Counted from the stretch's first letter, positions 19,820 through 30,017 are shown. The stretch is DNA of 64,000 bases from a bacterium (GCA_963693055.1 OY843751.1:1408001-1472000); one strand, 5' to 3'. Numbers and translations are program-made. Notes: generated from the sequence alone by a model not told the origin.

Positions 19820-20932
19820 TTGGGGCTAGATTTCAAAAATATAGACTTGGTGAATGATCACGTTAGAGACGTACAGGCACTTTTTGCTCTAAACCGGGTA
19901 ACGGATTCTATACAAATTATGGATGAATTGGGAAAAAGTGTCTTCCACAATGATTCGTTTATCAATTTGTTTGGCTATACAGTTGACCAGTTGAATGAAG
20001 CGGGTGGTTTGTATGCTATTCTTAAAGATCCTCAAATTGCAAATATTATTGTAAACGAGTTGGAAGTTAAGCCCGGTTGGATGGGTAAAGTTCAAATTTA
20101 TACATTAGCGGGCAACCTTGTTTCAGTTGTATTGAGGATTAACAAGGTTAAAACAGAAAATAATGAAAACCAGGGATACGTTTGTTTTTTTTCAAACAAT
20201 CTGTATCAGTATAATGTATATGCTGAAAAAGGCAAATATTACAGACACTTTGAAGAAGCAGAAAAGCTCGCCAGATTGGGGTATTTCTCATCAGTTATTT
20301 CTCATGAATTAAACAATCCTTTAAACATTATTAATACAAAGATTTATTTTTTGCAAAGAGAGCTGGAATCGATTTCTAAAGAATCTGAAGTGTGGGAACA
20401 TTTAACAAAGATCAAACAGCAACTCAAACGGTTGAAAAATCTAGCAAGCAGTGTTTTGCAATATGCCAGACATGATGTAAAAAAAGATTATCTTGTTAAT
20501 GTTAACCAGGTGATACAGCGTACTTTGGAATTCTTTGATGATCAGCTTACAGATGAAATAATTGTAATAAATAGATTAGATAAAGAAGTATCGCTTGTTC
20601 CTGCAGATTCAACGGGGTTAGAGATTGTATTTAAAAATTTGATATCTAATGCAATTGAAGCGTTGGAAGAATCCGGCACAATCACAATATCCACCCGAAA
20701 TGTAAATGAAAAATTTATTGAAATTACAATATCTGATTCCGGTAAAGGTATATCCGAAGATTTGCAGGAAAAGGTATTTGACCCCTTTTTCACCAGTAAA
20801 AGTAAAGAAGGGGGCTATGGATTGGGTCTAAGTATTTGTGAAAATATTATACATGAGCACAATGGAATGATTAATCTAAGAAGCAGGATTGGCAGAGGAA
20901 CAACGTTTGTCTTACTATTACCCCGTTTGTAA
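19820..20932 (+). CDS. Cytoplasmic PAS-domain sensor histidine kinase
   Basis: SHELNNPL H-box, NLISNA N-box, DSGKGI, FDPFFTSK, GYGLGL; PAS-like N-terminus; no TM helix seen. Confidence 0.92.
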   Translation: MGLDFKNIDLVNDHVRDVQALFALNRVTDSIQIMDELGKSVFHNDSFINLFGYTVDQLNEAGGLYAILKDPQIANIIVNELEVKPGWMGKVQIYTLAGNLVSVVLRINKVKTENNENQGYVCFFSNNLYQYNVYAEKGKYYRHFEEAEKLARLGYFSSVISHELNNPLNIINTKIYFLQRELESISKESEVWEHLTKIKQQLKRLKNLASSVLQYARHDVKKDYLVNVNQVIQRTLEFFDDQLTDEIIVINRLDKEVSLVPADSTGLEIVFKNLISNAIEALEESGTITISTRNVNEKFIEITISDSGKGISEDLQEKVFDPFFTSKSKEGGYGLGLSICENIIHEHNGMINLRSRIGRGTTFVLLLPRL

Positions 20933-20947
20933 TAAGGGATTTATTAT

Positions 20948-22324
20948 ATGTTCAAAGTACTGCTGGTTGATGACGAAATAGAAATTCTAAGAGATTACTC
21001 TCGTTTGATCATGGAAATGGGTTATCAATGCATTATTGCCAGAAATGGTGAAGAAGCGATCGAGTTGTTGAAACAAGAACATCCGGATATAATTTTGACG
21101 GATCAGAAAATGCCCAAAAAGGGTGGCATGTCTGTATTGCAGGAAGCATATGCGCTAGACAAGTCCATACCAGTGATTCTGATTACAGGGTATGGCTCTG
21201 TAAAAAATGCCGTGGATGCCATGAAGTTTGGTGCGTTTGATTATCTGCAAAAGCCATTTGATCCTGAAAAAATGCAGGAATTGCTGAAAAAGGCGGAAAA
21301 GTTTCGTAAAGAAAAATTAAATATTCCTATCGTTGAACTGGATGGGGATTACAGCAAGCCGCTTGAAGGGGTAATAGGGAAAAGCAAAGTTATTACCGAT
21401 ATTACAAAACGAGTATACAAAGTAGCGCCATCCATTTCTAATGTGTTAATCTATGGAGAATCTGGTACCGGCAAAGAACTTGTTGCCCGCAACATCCACT
21501 TGAACAGTAAACGTAAAGATCAACCCTTTATACCACTGGATTGCAGTGCGCTCCCGGCAAATCTGTTAGAAAGCGAAATGTTTGGCTATGAAAAAGGCGC
21601 GTTTACAGGGGCTGATAGGGAAAAACCCGGAGTTATTGAGCTTGCGCATAAAGGTACTTTGTTTCTGGATGAAATAACAGAACTGGATGCCAGCTTGCAA
21701 TCAAAGTTGTTACGTTTTATTCAGGAACGGCATTTCCGTAAAGTGGGAGGCCAGAAATTAGTCAAAGTTGATGTTCGTATTATTTCAGCAACCAATCGAA
21801 ATCCTGAAGAGGCAGTTAAAGAGAAATTGTTACGTAGTGATCTGTATTATAGATTAAATGTAGTTCCTTTCTTTATTCCTCCTTTGAGAGATCGAAGTGA
21901 AGATGTTTCCATACTCGTACAGCATTTCATTGAAAAGTTTAATCCTTCATTCGCACGCGAGATCAAGGGAGTGAGTTCAGATGCCATGTTGTGTTTAAAG
22001 CGATTCAACTGGCCGGGTAATGTTAGGGAGCTTCAGAATGTGATTGAACAAGCCATGTCTTTGGCAGATAAAAATATAATCGATTTGTCAGATTTGCCAC
22101 CCCATGTGCGGGAAAACCACAACAACTATGTAGATCAGGTCCATCATGGACAAACATTCAAAGATGCAAAAGAGAAAATATTAAAACAGTTTGGTAAAAG
22201 ATATTTTCAAGACCTGCTTGTTCAGTGTGATGGCAATATCTCAAAAACCGCGAAAATAGCAGGTATCAGTAGAAGTTCATTTTATCGTATACTTGATGAA
22301 TTTGATATAAAACTGCCCGATTAA
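20948..22324 (+). CDS. Sigma54-dependent response regulator (NtrC family)
   Basis: REC domain (VDDE, TDQKMP, KP), GESGTGKE, GAFTGA, LFLDEI, WPGNVREL, Fis-type HTH. Confidence 0.95.
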   Translation: MFKVLLVDDEIEILRDYSRLIMEMGYQCIIARNGEEAIELLKQEHPDIILTDQKMPKKGGMSVLQEAYALDKSIPVILITGYGSVKNAVDAMKFGAFDYLQKPFDPEKMQELLKKAEKFRKEKLNIPIVELDGDYSKPLEGVIGKSKVITDITKRVYKVAPSISNVLIYGESGTGKELVARNIHLNSKRKDQPFIPLDCSALPANLLESEMFGYEKGAFTGADREKPGVIELAHKGTLFLDEITELDASLQSKLLRFIQERHFRKVGGQKLVKVDVRIISATNRNPEEAVKEKLLRSDLYYRLNVVPFFIPPLRDRSEDVSILVQHFIEKFNPSFAREIKGVSSDAMLCLKRFNWPGNVRELQNVIEQAMSLADKNIIDLSDLPPHVRENHNNYVDQVHHGQTFKDAKEKILKQFGKRYFQDLLVQCDGNISKTAKIAGISRSSFYRILDEFDIKLPD

Positions 22325-22331
22325 TTGTATT

Positions 22332-22349
22332 TGTACTATTCTTGACACA
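22332..22349 (+). promoter_or_regulatory. Candidate enhancer-binding site (TGT-N12-ACA)
   Basis: TGTACTATTCTTGACACA; shares TGTACTA-N8-ACA with the reverse complements of the sites at 22978 and 23047. Confidence 0.45.
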
Positions 22350-22507
22350 CCCTTCCTATTACTTGTTTTTATTAGACATCCATTCATTTAGTCCTTTGTA
22401 TGCTCTGTTTTTGAATCAATTTTCGCATTTTTCGTAAATTATATCGAAATAGTGGTTTTTTAACTGTTTAATTATCAAAGTGTTATCTTGATTGCTACAG
22501 GTAATTG

Positions 22508-22522
22508 TGGCCCTTTTTTTGT
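22508..22522 (+). promoter_or_regulatory. Candidate sigma54 -24/-12 promoter
   Basis: TGGCCCTTTTTTTGT (GG-N10-GT, imperfect -12) about 35 bp before ATG 22556. Confidence 0.35.
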
Positions 22523-22555
22523 TTATTGTGTCATAATTCATCGTGGGAAAATATC

Positions 22556-22957
22556 ATGTGTTCACTTGCGTTAATTTCTTCAACAGATATTCAGTTGATA
22601 AACGAGATCAATTCTCTGTTATTAACCAGGAATTTTTCTGTACTGGTTGAGAAATCCAGAGTGTCTTTACTATACTTGATTCTAAAACATGATATTAATT
22701 TTATCCTCTTGGACATTGGTTATATGGATCCTGAAGCGATCAAAGTGCTTTACATAATTAAGCAGTTGCGTCCCAAATTGCCAGTTATTGTTTTAACCCC
22801 GGACAATTCGGTAGTTCACAATCAGGTATTAAAATCAATGGATGTGTTTTATGTTGGTTTTAAGCCATTGCATTATCAAAATTTTTCAATGATTATAGAT
22901 ACCTTGCTATTACTTCGTGGTAAAAGTACCGAATATTTATTAGACTCGATTGAATGA
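22556..22957 (+). CDS. Stand-alone, atypical receiver-domain protein
   Basis: FILLD, RPKLPVIVLT, GFKPL; the N-terminal acidic DD pair is absent. Confidence 0.7.
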   Translation: MCSLALISSTDIQLINEINSLLLTRNFSVLVEKSRVSLLYLILKHDINFILLDIGYMDPEAIKVLYIIKQLRPKLPVIVLTPDNSVVHNQVLKSMDVFYVGFKPLHYQNFSMIIDTLLLLRGKSTEYLLDSIE

Positions 22958-22977
22958 GCTATATAATTGACTTGTTT

Positions 22978-22995
22978 TGTACGTTTTGTAGTACA
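22978..22995. promoter_or_regulatory. Candidate enhancer-binding site (TGT-N12-ACA)
   Basis: TGTACGTTTTGTAGTACA, dyad-symmetric. Confidence 0.5.
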
Positions 22996-23046
22996 CTATC
23001 GTAATTGTAATAAAATTAAATTCTTAGCAGTTGTTTTGCTTTGTAA

Positions 23047-23064
23047 TGTCTTATTTTTAGTACA
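23047..23064. promoter_or_regulatory. Candidate enhancer-binding site (TGT-N12-ACA)
   Basis: TGTCTTATTTTTAGTACA. Confidence 0.5.
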
Positions 23065-23163
23065 ATTCAGGAAGAGTTCGAGGTTTTTTGCGAATTATTA
23101 GTTTTTTCGCTTCATAATTTACAAGTATTTAGCTCAAGAAATTGAAGCGATTAAAATCAAGTA

Positions 23164-23179
23164 TGGCATAATCATTGGA
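23164..23179 (+). promoter_or_regulatory. Candidate sigma54 promoter of the csg operon
   Basis: TGGCATAATCATTGGA versus consensus TGGCAC-N5-TTGCW, upstream of csgE. Confidence 0.55.
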
Positions 23180-23235
23180 TAAGAAGTGTATATAATTTCA
23201 AATAAGATTAAAATGCTTTTTGGGGCAATGCGGGC

Positions 23236-23841
23236 ATGGGACTAGTAGGTTTTGTGATTAACATTTACAATGGCAAGCAAAAGCTTGATAGGGTATTGAT
23301 TTGTATAATCATAATGTTAATGACAAATATTAATTTTGTTTTCTCTCAAGATCAAGATTCTACATCTGTGGATTCTGTAAAGCAAAGCAAGACCCGGGAT
23401 ATTTTGCAGAAATTGTTGAATCAGGCAACTCAGGAATCTATTCAGGATGTAATGGAAAAGCAAAAAGCCATTGCGAAAAAAGATAGTGTCAAAGACAGCT
23501 CAGATGAAGGTCTTGAAATTGATGGATTATTGATCAATGAAACCAAAACTAAAATTGGCCAGGACTTTTACGAATTCTTTTTCAATTTTTGGCAGGCACC
23601 TGAGAATGCTAAAGATTTTACATTGTTTGTGTCTGAAAGACCAACAGGAAACAGCGGAAGCTGGATCTGGGTAAATGTGAATGAAACCACAGTATTTCAA
23701 AACCGATTAACCCCCAAAGCCGACTTGATTGAGGAAACTGCACAAAGCGCTGTATCTATTGTCACAAATTATTTGATAAATCTGGATCAAAACCAAAGAC
23801 AGCTTGCTGGTGATGAAATGGCTGGGACTGGAATTTTTTAA
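23236..23841 (+). CDS. csgE: Curli assembly protein CsgE family
   Basis: EIDGLLINETKTKIGQDFYEFF..W...ERP...GSWIWV.VN...DEMAGTGIF; lies upstream of csgF and csgG; the true start may be slightly downstream. Confidence 0.85.
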   Translation: MGLVGFVINIYNGKQKLDRVLICIIIMLMTNINFVFSQDQDSTSVDSVKQSKTRDILQKLLNQATQESIQDVMEKQKAIAKKDSVKDSSDEGLEIDGLLINETKTKIGQDFYEFFFNFWQAPENAKDFTLFVSERPTGNSGSWIWVNVNETTVFQNRLTPKADLIEETAQSAVSIVTNYLINLDQNQRQLAGDEMAGTGIF

Positions 23842-23853
23842 GGAGATGGATGA

Positions 23854-24279
23854 ATGCCTCGGGTAGTTAAATGTTTTATACTTTTAATTTTATTTGCAAG
23901 CAGTGCATTTGCAACTGAATTGGTTTTTACGTTTGTTAATCCTGCTTTTGGCGGTTACTATTATAATGCTACATGGTTGTTGAATTCTGCACAACTTCAA
24001 GATGATACCGGTGAATCTTCAAGTTCTTATGCCAGCAGTTATTATTCTGGATCATCCCTGGAAGATTTTGAAGAAAGTATAAACCGTCAGATTCTGAGTC
24101 GTTTATCCAGCAAGCTTGTGACGCAAATATTTGGAGAAGAAGATCTGGAACCTGGTCACTATGAGATTGGTGATTTTCAGATTGATGTAACTCCATCAGA
24201 CAATGGGATACGTGTTGAAATAAATGATCCGGTTAATGGCGGCGAAACAGTTATAGAATTACCCTATTATGGTGACTGA
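23854..24279 (+). CDS. csgF: Curli assembly protein CsgF
   Basis: Signal peptide, then TELVFTFVNPAFGG..NATWLLNSAQLQ...F.ESINRQILSRLS. Confidence 0.92.
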   Translation: MPRVVKCFILLILFASSAFATELVFTFVNPAFGGYYYNATWLLNSAQLQDDTGESSSSYASSYYSGSSLEDFEESINRQILSRLSSKLVTQIFGEEDLEPGHYEIGDFQIDVTPSDNGIRVEINDPVNGGETVIELPYYGD

Positions 24280-25711
24280 GAGTAGTGTAAATATGAAAAT
24301 GAGACCTGTATTCTATACAATTTTTATAATTATTTTGATTTTTATGGGGTGTGCTCCCTATTTACAGCAAAGTAATCCTGTTCACACCACCCCGGCTACA
24401 TTGGGGTATACCACTGCAATACATAGCGATTTGCTTTCATTGCCTGAACCACGTGAAAAGATTGTTGTTGCGGTATACAAGTTTAGAGACCAGACCGGAC
24501 AGTACAAAGCTTCGTCAAGTGGAATGACATGGTCCACAGCTGTTACCCAGGGTGCTACATCTATGCTGCTAAAAGCTATGGAAGAATCTGGTTGGTTTAT
24601 TGTTGTGGAGCGGGAAGGCATTTCAAACCTGTTGAATGAAAGAAAGATCATTCGTTCTACCCGAGAGAATTATACGGACGACCAGGGACAGCAATTACCC
24701 CCATTACCTCCATTGCTTTATGCCGGAGTTACAATAGAGGGTGGAATAATTTCGTACGAAACCAATACATTAACCGGTGGTTTTGGCGCACGATATTTCG
24801 GCATAGGGGGTAATAACGAGTTTCGCAGTGATCAGGTAAATATTTATTTACGTTCGGTTGCAACAAAATCCGGTCGGATTTTAAATCAGGTAAATACTAC
24901 AAAGACAATATTATCTCAAGCTGTAGATTTTAGTGTATATAAATTTGTAAGAGAAAGCCGTTTGTTAGAGATTGAGAGCGGTTATTCTACCAACGAACCT
25001 CCACAAATGTGTGTGCTGGAAGCCATAGAAAAAGCCGTACTGGCTCTTGTTTGTGAAGGTATTGTATCAAAGAGCTGGGAGCTGAAAAATCCTGCGGATA
25101 TTAAATCCCCGGTAATACAGCGGTATCTTGAGGAAAAGCAAAACACAACAAAATATACGTTGCAGAATAGTATGCTCAACAGCAGATATGCAAAACCTCA
25201 ATATGGTTATGACAAGGGATTAGGGCTCACCTTGAATTTGGGAAGTCATTTATACCAGGGCGATTACGCGAATTCTGAAATTCGTCCAATGGGTGACGCT
25301 TCCATTTTGTGGGGTTTGCATCCCAATGTTTTGTTGGAATTAAATGGCAGTATAGGGCGGATTGCAAATAAAGATAATTTTTATACTGATTTGGGTTATT
25401 TGAATTTACAAAGCCGTTTTACATTTTGGTCTAATTCAAGATTTCGGCCATTCGGAATTTTGGGAGCGGGAGCAATGAATTTTAGAGCACGGGATAAAGC
25501 GGGTGTGTACATTCCACGTAAGAAACGGTTTAAAGGCTGGGAGCCTGTAATGATTTCTGGTTTAGGCGTTGAATATTTTATTAATCCCAGTTTGAGTATG
25601 AATCTAAGCTTTATAAATCAATATACCTTTACAGATTACCTGGATGGGGTTATCCATGGAAGTTATGATGACTATTTCTGGGGATTCAAGCTGGGGTTTA
25701 GTTATTATTAG
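24269..25711 (+). CDS. csgG: Curli secretion channel CsgG with a C-terminal outer-membrane beta-barrel domain
   Basis: Lipobox FMGC; LPEP..KIVVAVYKFRDQTGQYK, STAVTQGA, WFIVVEREG..NLLNERKIIR, EGGIISYE, YSTNEP; about 180 extra residues ending GFKLGFSYY. Start may be 24293 or 24299. Confidence 0.93.
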   Translation: MVTESSVNMKMRPVFYTIFIIILIFMGCAPYLQQSNPVHTTPATLGYTTAIHSDLLSLPEPREKIVVAVYKFRDQTGQYKASSSGMTWSTAVTQGATSMLLKAMEESGWFIVVEREGISNLLNERKIIRSTRENYTDDQGQQLPPLPPLLYAGVTIEGGIISYETNTLTGGFGARYFGIGGNNEFRSDQVNIYLRSVATKSGRILNQVNTTKTILSQAVDFSVYKFVRESRLLEIESGYSTNEPPQMCVLEAIEKAVLALVCEGIVSKSWELKNPADIKSPVIQRYLEEKQNTTKYTLQNSMLNSRYAKPQYGYDKGLGLTLNLGSHLYQGDYANSEIRPMGDASILWGLHPNVLLELNGSIGRIANKDNFYTDLGYLNLQSRFTFWSNSRFRPFGILGAGAMNFRARDKAGVYIPRKKRFKGWEPVMISGLGVEYFINPSLSMNLSFINQYTFTDYLDGVIHGSYDDYFWGFKLGFSYY

Positions 25712-25947
25712 GATCAGTTGAATACTGAAAGCTATCTGATTGGGATCTGGTAAGGGCAGATAGAATAAGTGAACATCACGCAGATGTAAAGAACAAACGT
25801 ATTTTGACAATTTAATTGCATCAACAGGCAATCATTAAATTATTACTCTCAAAGGATTCACTGTTGATACCTGTGGAAATGAACTGTTCATTTCCCAATG
25901 TAAACAATTGCTACATGAAAAAATGCAATGCAAAGCGTAGTTGAGGA

Positions 25948-27267
25948 GTGAGGATGAGAATTTTCATGTCTGTTCTACTGGCACTGTTGTTATTTTCAAG
26001 TGTTGGTATTGGTGCAGAAAACAGTGTGACTGCTAATGTAAACGGTAATTTCAATCAATCAACAGTTACGCAAGAGGGATCAGCAAACACAGCTTCCGTT
26101 GACCAAAACAGTGCTGCAACCAAATCTGCAGAAATGAATACTGTTGCTGTCACTCAAAAAAGTGATGATAATACCGCAACCGTAAATCAAGGATCTGTTT
26201 TAAAAACAAAATATGTAAAGAATACAACTGCAATTGTAACCCAGGCAGGCACAGGAGGGAACAGTGCAATCGTTAATCAGGGAACCCAAATCCATAATGG
26301 TTCAGTTGTATCTAATGCAACGGCAACAATCAATCAAAAAGGTGGCTCTGGAAACAGTGCAGAGATTAATCAAAAATCCTGGAATTCGAATGCATCTCCA
26401 ACCAAATGGAGCAAGCCGGATGATAATACCGCAACCATTATCCAGGATGGTTCAGGCAATATCGCAAGCTCAAAATCGGATGTGACCCGTGGATCAACAT
26501 TTATCCTTCAAGAAGGTAATGAAAATACGGCAACCCAAAAACAGGATGGTGAGCGGGATTTTAAAGCCAGAATTACTCAGGAAGGTAACCATAATACTGC
26601 AACACAATTTCAACATGGCGATGCAAATGCAAATGCGGAAATAATTCAAAAAGGCATGGGCAATACAGCATCGCAATGGCAGAAAAAAAATAATAATAGC
26701 TTGATCTATCAGGATGGTGTAGACAATACAGCAGACGTAGAACAAAAATCCGGCAGTAATATCAAAGCCAACATATATCAATATGGAAGTTATAATGGTT
26801 CTGTTGCTGATCCTGTTTTGATTGAACAAAAAGGTGGATCAGGGAATTCTGCTGTTATATATCAGGGTGATCCTGCTTTGAATGTTTATAACAATAGCGC
26901 AATGATCTATCAGGATGGAACATTGAATCTGGCAGCTATTCAGCAATATAGTAATGAGAATGAAGTCATTTTATTTCAAAATGGGGTAGGGAATGAACTC
27001 CATGCATTACAAAAAGGAGGTGATGGGAACATTATCAATCTGACCCAGGATGGTGGTGCAACAGCATCTATTACTCAGGATGGCAGTGGTAATGTCTTGA
27101 AAGGGGTAGGGGCAGGAAATACTATGGGACAATCATTAAATGGCAGCAGTCTTGATTTAACTCAAACAGGTACGGGAAACGTGTTAGAGTTGTTTCAAAC
27201 AAATGGAGCAGCTGCTCAGGTCCAACAAAATGGTATGACAAATAAAGTAATAATAATACAAAATTAA
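25948..27267 (+). CDS. Curlin-repeat protein 1 (CsgA/CsgB-like amyloid subunit)
   Basis: Signal peptide plus many N-x-A-x-I-x-Q-x-G repeats; likely ATG 25954. Confidence 0.88.
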   Translation: MRMRIFMSVLLALLLFSSVGIGAENSVTANVNGNFNQSTVTQEGSANTASVDQNSAATKSAEMNTVAVTQKSDDNTATVNQGSVLKTKYVKNTTAIVTQAGTGGNSAIVNQGTQIHNGSVVSNATATINQKGGSGNSAEINQKSWNSNASPTKWSKPDDNTATIIQDGSGNIASSKSDVTRGSTFILQEGNENTATQKQDGERDFKARITQEGNHNTATQFQHGDANANAEIIQKGMGNTASQWQKKNNNSLIYQDGVDNTADVEQKSGSNIKANIYQYGSYNGSVADPVLIEQKGGSGNSAVIYQGDPALNVYNNSAMIYQDGTLNLAAIQQYSNENEVILFQNGVGNELHALQKGGDGNIINLTQDGGATASITQDGSGNVLKGVGAGNTMGQSLNGSSLDLTQTGTGNVLELFQTNGAAAQVQQNGMTNKVIIIQN

Positions 27268-27279
27268 GGGAGTAGGGTA

Positions 27280-28761
27280 ATGAAAAGGTTGTTTGTTTTT
27301 TTGCTGGTATTATGTATGTCATCACTTTTGATGGCTGCAAGTAATACAATATCCACCACAATTAATGGTAATAGTAATGATGCAGATATTGATCAGGTGG
27401 GTGGCGACCAGTCCGCTACATTAACACAAACCGGAAATTCGAATGATGCGATTTTAGACCAGGTTACTGATGATGGTATGGCACAGTCTTTAACAGTTAC
27501 CCAGGAAGGGAATCGTAATCTGGCAAATGTTAACCAAAAAGAAGATGGGGCCGCAACAAATGGAACATCTTTGCCTGTTCAAACAGCCAGTGTATACCAA
27601 AAAGGTGATGGAAATTCAGCAAAAATAGATCAGGATGAGCTCGGTTCTGGTGATAAATATTTGAGCAGTGCTGCAATTCAACAGATTGGCAACAATAACG
27701 CTTCAGATCAAAGAACCTACGCTCCCGGCTCTAACAGTGGTCAACATGTTACGGGTATACAGGCTGGAAACGGTAACAGTTTGACGCAGAAAATTTTGGG
27801 TGGCTATACTAATAATTTTATAGCAACCCAAACAGGTAATGGAAATACAGTTGAGCAAATTATGCCTTCCGGCACACACAGCAAGGGAGTTGTGAATCAG
27901 GATGGTGATAGCAATATTGCTTCTCAACGTTTAACAGGAGCCAATAATGGTTATTCATCTGCTGGTGGTATTACAGTAACTCAAACAGGCAATGGTAACG
28001 AAGCAGATCAGGATGTTATAAGTACGGGAAGCTATACCAATAATAACGATGCTGATGTTGTTCAAAATGGTTCTAGTAATTATTCCAAGCAAGATGTGAA
28101 TGGTTGGCAGACAGATGTTGATGTTACCATTGATGGCAATAGCAACTCTACTAGCCAGTTTGTAGTTGGTACCGGAAACAAGAGTACAGTTAAGGTCATT
28201 GGAAATGGAAACAGTGTAATAACCAACCAGGCAAATGATAATAACACGGCTTCTGTTGAGATTAAAGACGAAGACGCGTATGTTGGTAATTCTAACGATG
28301 TTTTTATCAAACAAAACAATAACGGTAACAAAGCCAATGTAACCCTGCATGGATCTTATAACTCTGTAGATATTACCGAAGTTGATGGCAACGGTGATTG
28401 GCATGTTGTTAAAGTTATGAAAGGTAATAGCAATGATATTGATATATCAGCCAAAACCGGTGGAAATAATCGTGGTGAGTGGATATTGAAAAATGCCAGC
28501 GGTAATACTGTAAAGGAAGTGCAGAATGGAAGTGATAACATTGCCGGTGGTGAGGTTAAAGGTAGTGGTAATGATATCAATATTGTACAAAAAGGTGTTG
28601 ATAACCTGGTTGGTACTGATCCCAATAATTGGAATGTAAATGATGGTGTTGTAATTGACGGTAACAGTAACACAGTTGATATTGATCAATTAACGAATTC
28701 AAACCAGGCTGTAGTTAATATTATTGGTGCAAGTAACCAGTTTAAATCAGTTCAACAATAA
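27280..28761 (+). CDS. Curlin-repeat protein 2
   Basis: Signal peptide; Q-x-G-N-x-N repeats throughout 493 aa. Confidence 0.88.
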   Translation: MKRLFVFLLVLCMSSLLMAASNTISTTINGNSNDADIDQVGGDQSATLTQTGNSNDAILDQVTDDGMAQSLTVTQEGNRNLANVNQKEDGAATNGTSLPVQTASVYQKGDGNSAKIDQDELGSGDKYLSSAAIQQIGNNNASDQRTYAPGSNSGQHVTGIQAGNGNSLTQKILGGYTNNFIATQTGNGNTVEQIMPSGTHSKGVVNQDGDSNIASQRLTGANNGYSSAGGITVTQTGNGNEADQDVISTGSYTNNNDADVVQNGSSNYSKQDVNGWQTDVDVTIDGNSNSTSQFVVGTGNKSTVKVIGNGNSVITNQANDNNTASVEIKDEDAYVGNSNDVFIKQNNNGNKANVTLHGSYNSVDITEVDGNGDWHVVKVMKGNSNDIDISAKTGGNNRGEWILKNASGNTVKEVQNGSDNIAGGEVKGSGNDINIVQKGVDNLVGTDPNNWNVNDGVVIDGNSNTVDIDQLTNSNQAVVNIIGASNQFKSVQQ

Positions 28762-28796
28762 GTTATTGTTGATGCTTTAATTGAAATCGGAATACT

Positions 28797-28821
28797 TTTG
28801 GCAGAAAAATTTTCTGCCAAA
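28797..28821 (+). terminator. Intergenic stem-loop
   Basis: TTTGGCAGAAAA-A-TTTTCTGCCAAA. Confidence 0.5.
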
Positions 28822-28906
28822 TTTACATAAAATTTGAAAATCAATAAATAATAATAGGGTATTGATTTCAAACATAAATAACAAAATCTCAAGAAAGGGG
28901 TAACAA

Positions 28907-30010
28907 ATGAAAAAGTTAGTAGTTGTGTTAATGCTGGTTGCAATGGTAGGATTTGCATTTGCGGCAAATGAAGCTACTGTAACAGAAGATGGTGACAATA
29001 ATACCGCGACCGTAACTCAACGCGGTAACTTGAACGATGGTACAGTTGAACAGATAGGTGATCAACATACTGCAACTATCAATCAAGCAACTGCAAGCAA
29101 TGATGCATTTATTGGACAGTTGAATGGTAACAAGAATGAAGGTGCAATAAGGCAGCAGGGTAGTGAAAATGCGGCATATATTACCCAAGGTATGGCCGTA
29201 GGTTATTCAGATTCATATTCTCCGGCTTCTGCAAGTAACAATTTATCAACTGTTGACCAGGTTGGTAATGGTAATACCACTTCTGCAAAACAATTTGGTG
29301 ATAAAAATGTTACAGATGTAAACCAGAACGGTCATCGGAATACAGCCTATGCATATCAGGGTTGGACTTATAATGGTTGGGGCGAAACCTGGACAACTTC
29401 CAGATTGCAGAGTTTCAATAGTGATGTGACAATTTCTCAGGCAACTAATGACAATAATGGAGCAGTATGGCAGTATGGTGGCAACAGGAACAATGTTACT
29501 ATAAATCAACGTGTTGGCAATGCAAATACTGCAAGTGTCTCTCAAGGTTTCATTTATAATGATGGCGCTTATGATTACCCACATCCAGTTTATAACACTA
29601 AAGACAATGATGCAATTGTAACCCAGGCAGGTGCAAGTAATACAGCCAAATTATTTCAATTAGGTGATAATAATACTTTTACATTATCTCAAACAGGTAA
29701 TAGCAACTCTGTAGGTTATGGTGCTGCATTAGCAAGCCTTGTTGAAAAAAGGAATGCTTACTTTGATCAATCTGGTGATAACAATGTGTTTACTGGAACA
29801 CAAACAGGTGGTGCTACAGTTGAATATGAAAGTTATCAGGTTGGTGATAATAACACAATAAGTCTTTATCAGGGAACAAGTGATGTAACTTTGATCCAAC
29901 AAGATGGTAATTGGAATACTGCAACCAATACTCAACTGGGTGGCGGCCAGGTTTCCAGTATTGCACAAACAGGTAATGGAAATAATGCATCTGTAAATCA
30001 AGGAATGTAA
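28907..30010 (+). CDS. Curlin-repeat protein 3
   Basis: Signal peptide MKKLVVVLMLVAMVGFAFA; curlin repeats; close paralog of the gene at 30108. Confidence 0.88.
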   Translation: MKKLVVVLMLVAMVGFAFAANEATVTEDGDNNTATVTQRGNLNDGTVEQIGDQHTATINQATASNDAFIGQLNGNKNEGAIRQQGSENAAYITQGMAVGYSDSYSPASASNNLSTVDQVGNGNTTSAKQFGDKNVTDVNQNGHRNTAYAYQGWTYNGWGETWTTSRLQSFNSDVTISQATNDNNGAVWQYGGNRNNVTINQRVGNANTASVSQGFIYNDGAYDYPHPVYNTKDNDAIVTQAGASNTAKLFQLGDNNTFTLSQTGNSNSVGYGAALASLVEKRNAYFDQSGDNNVFTGTQTGGATVEYESYQVGDNNTISLYQGTSDVTLIQQDGNWNTATNTQLGGGQVSSIAQTGNGNNASVNQGM

Positions 30011-30017
30011 GTTATAA

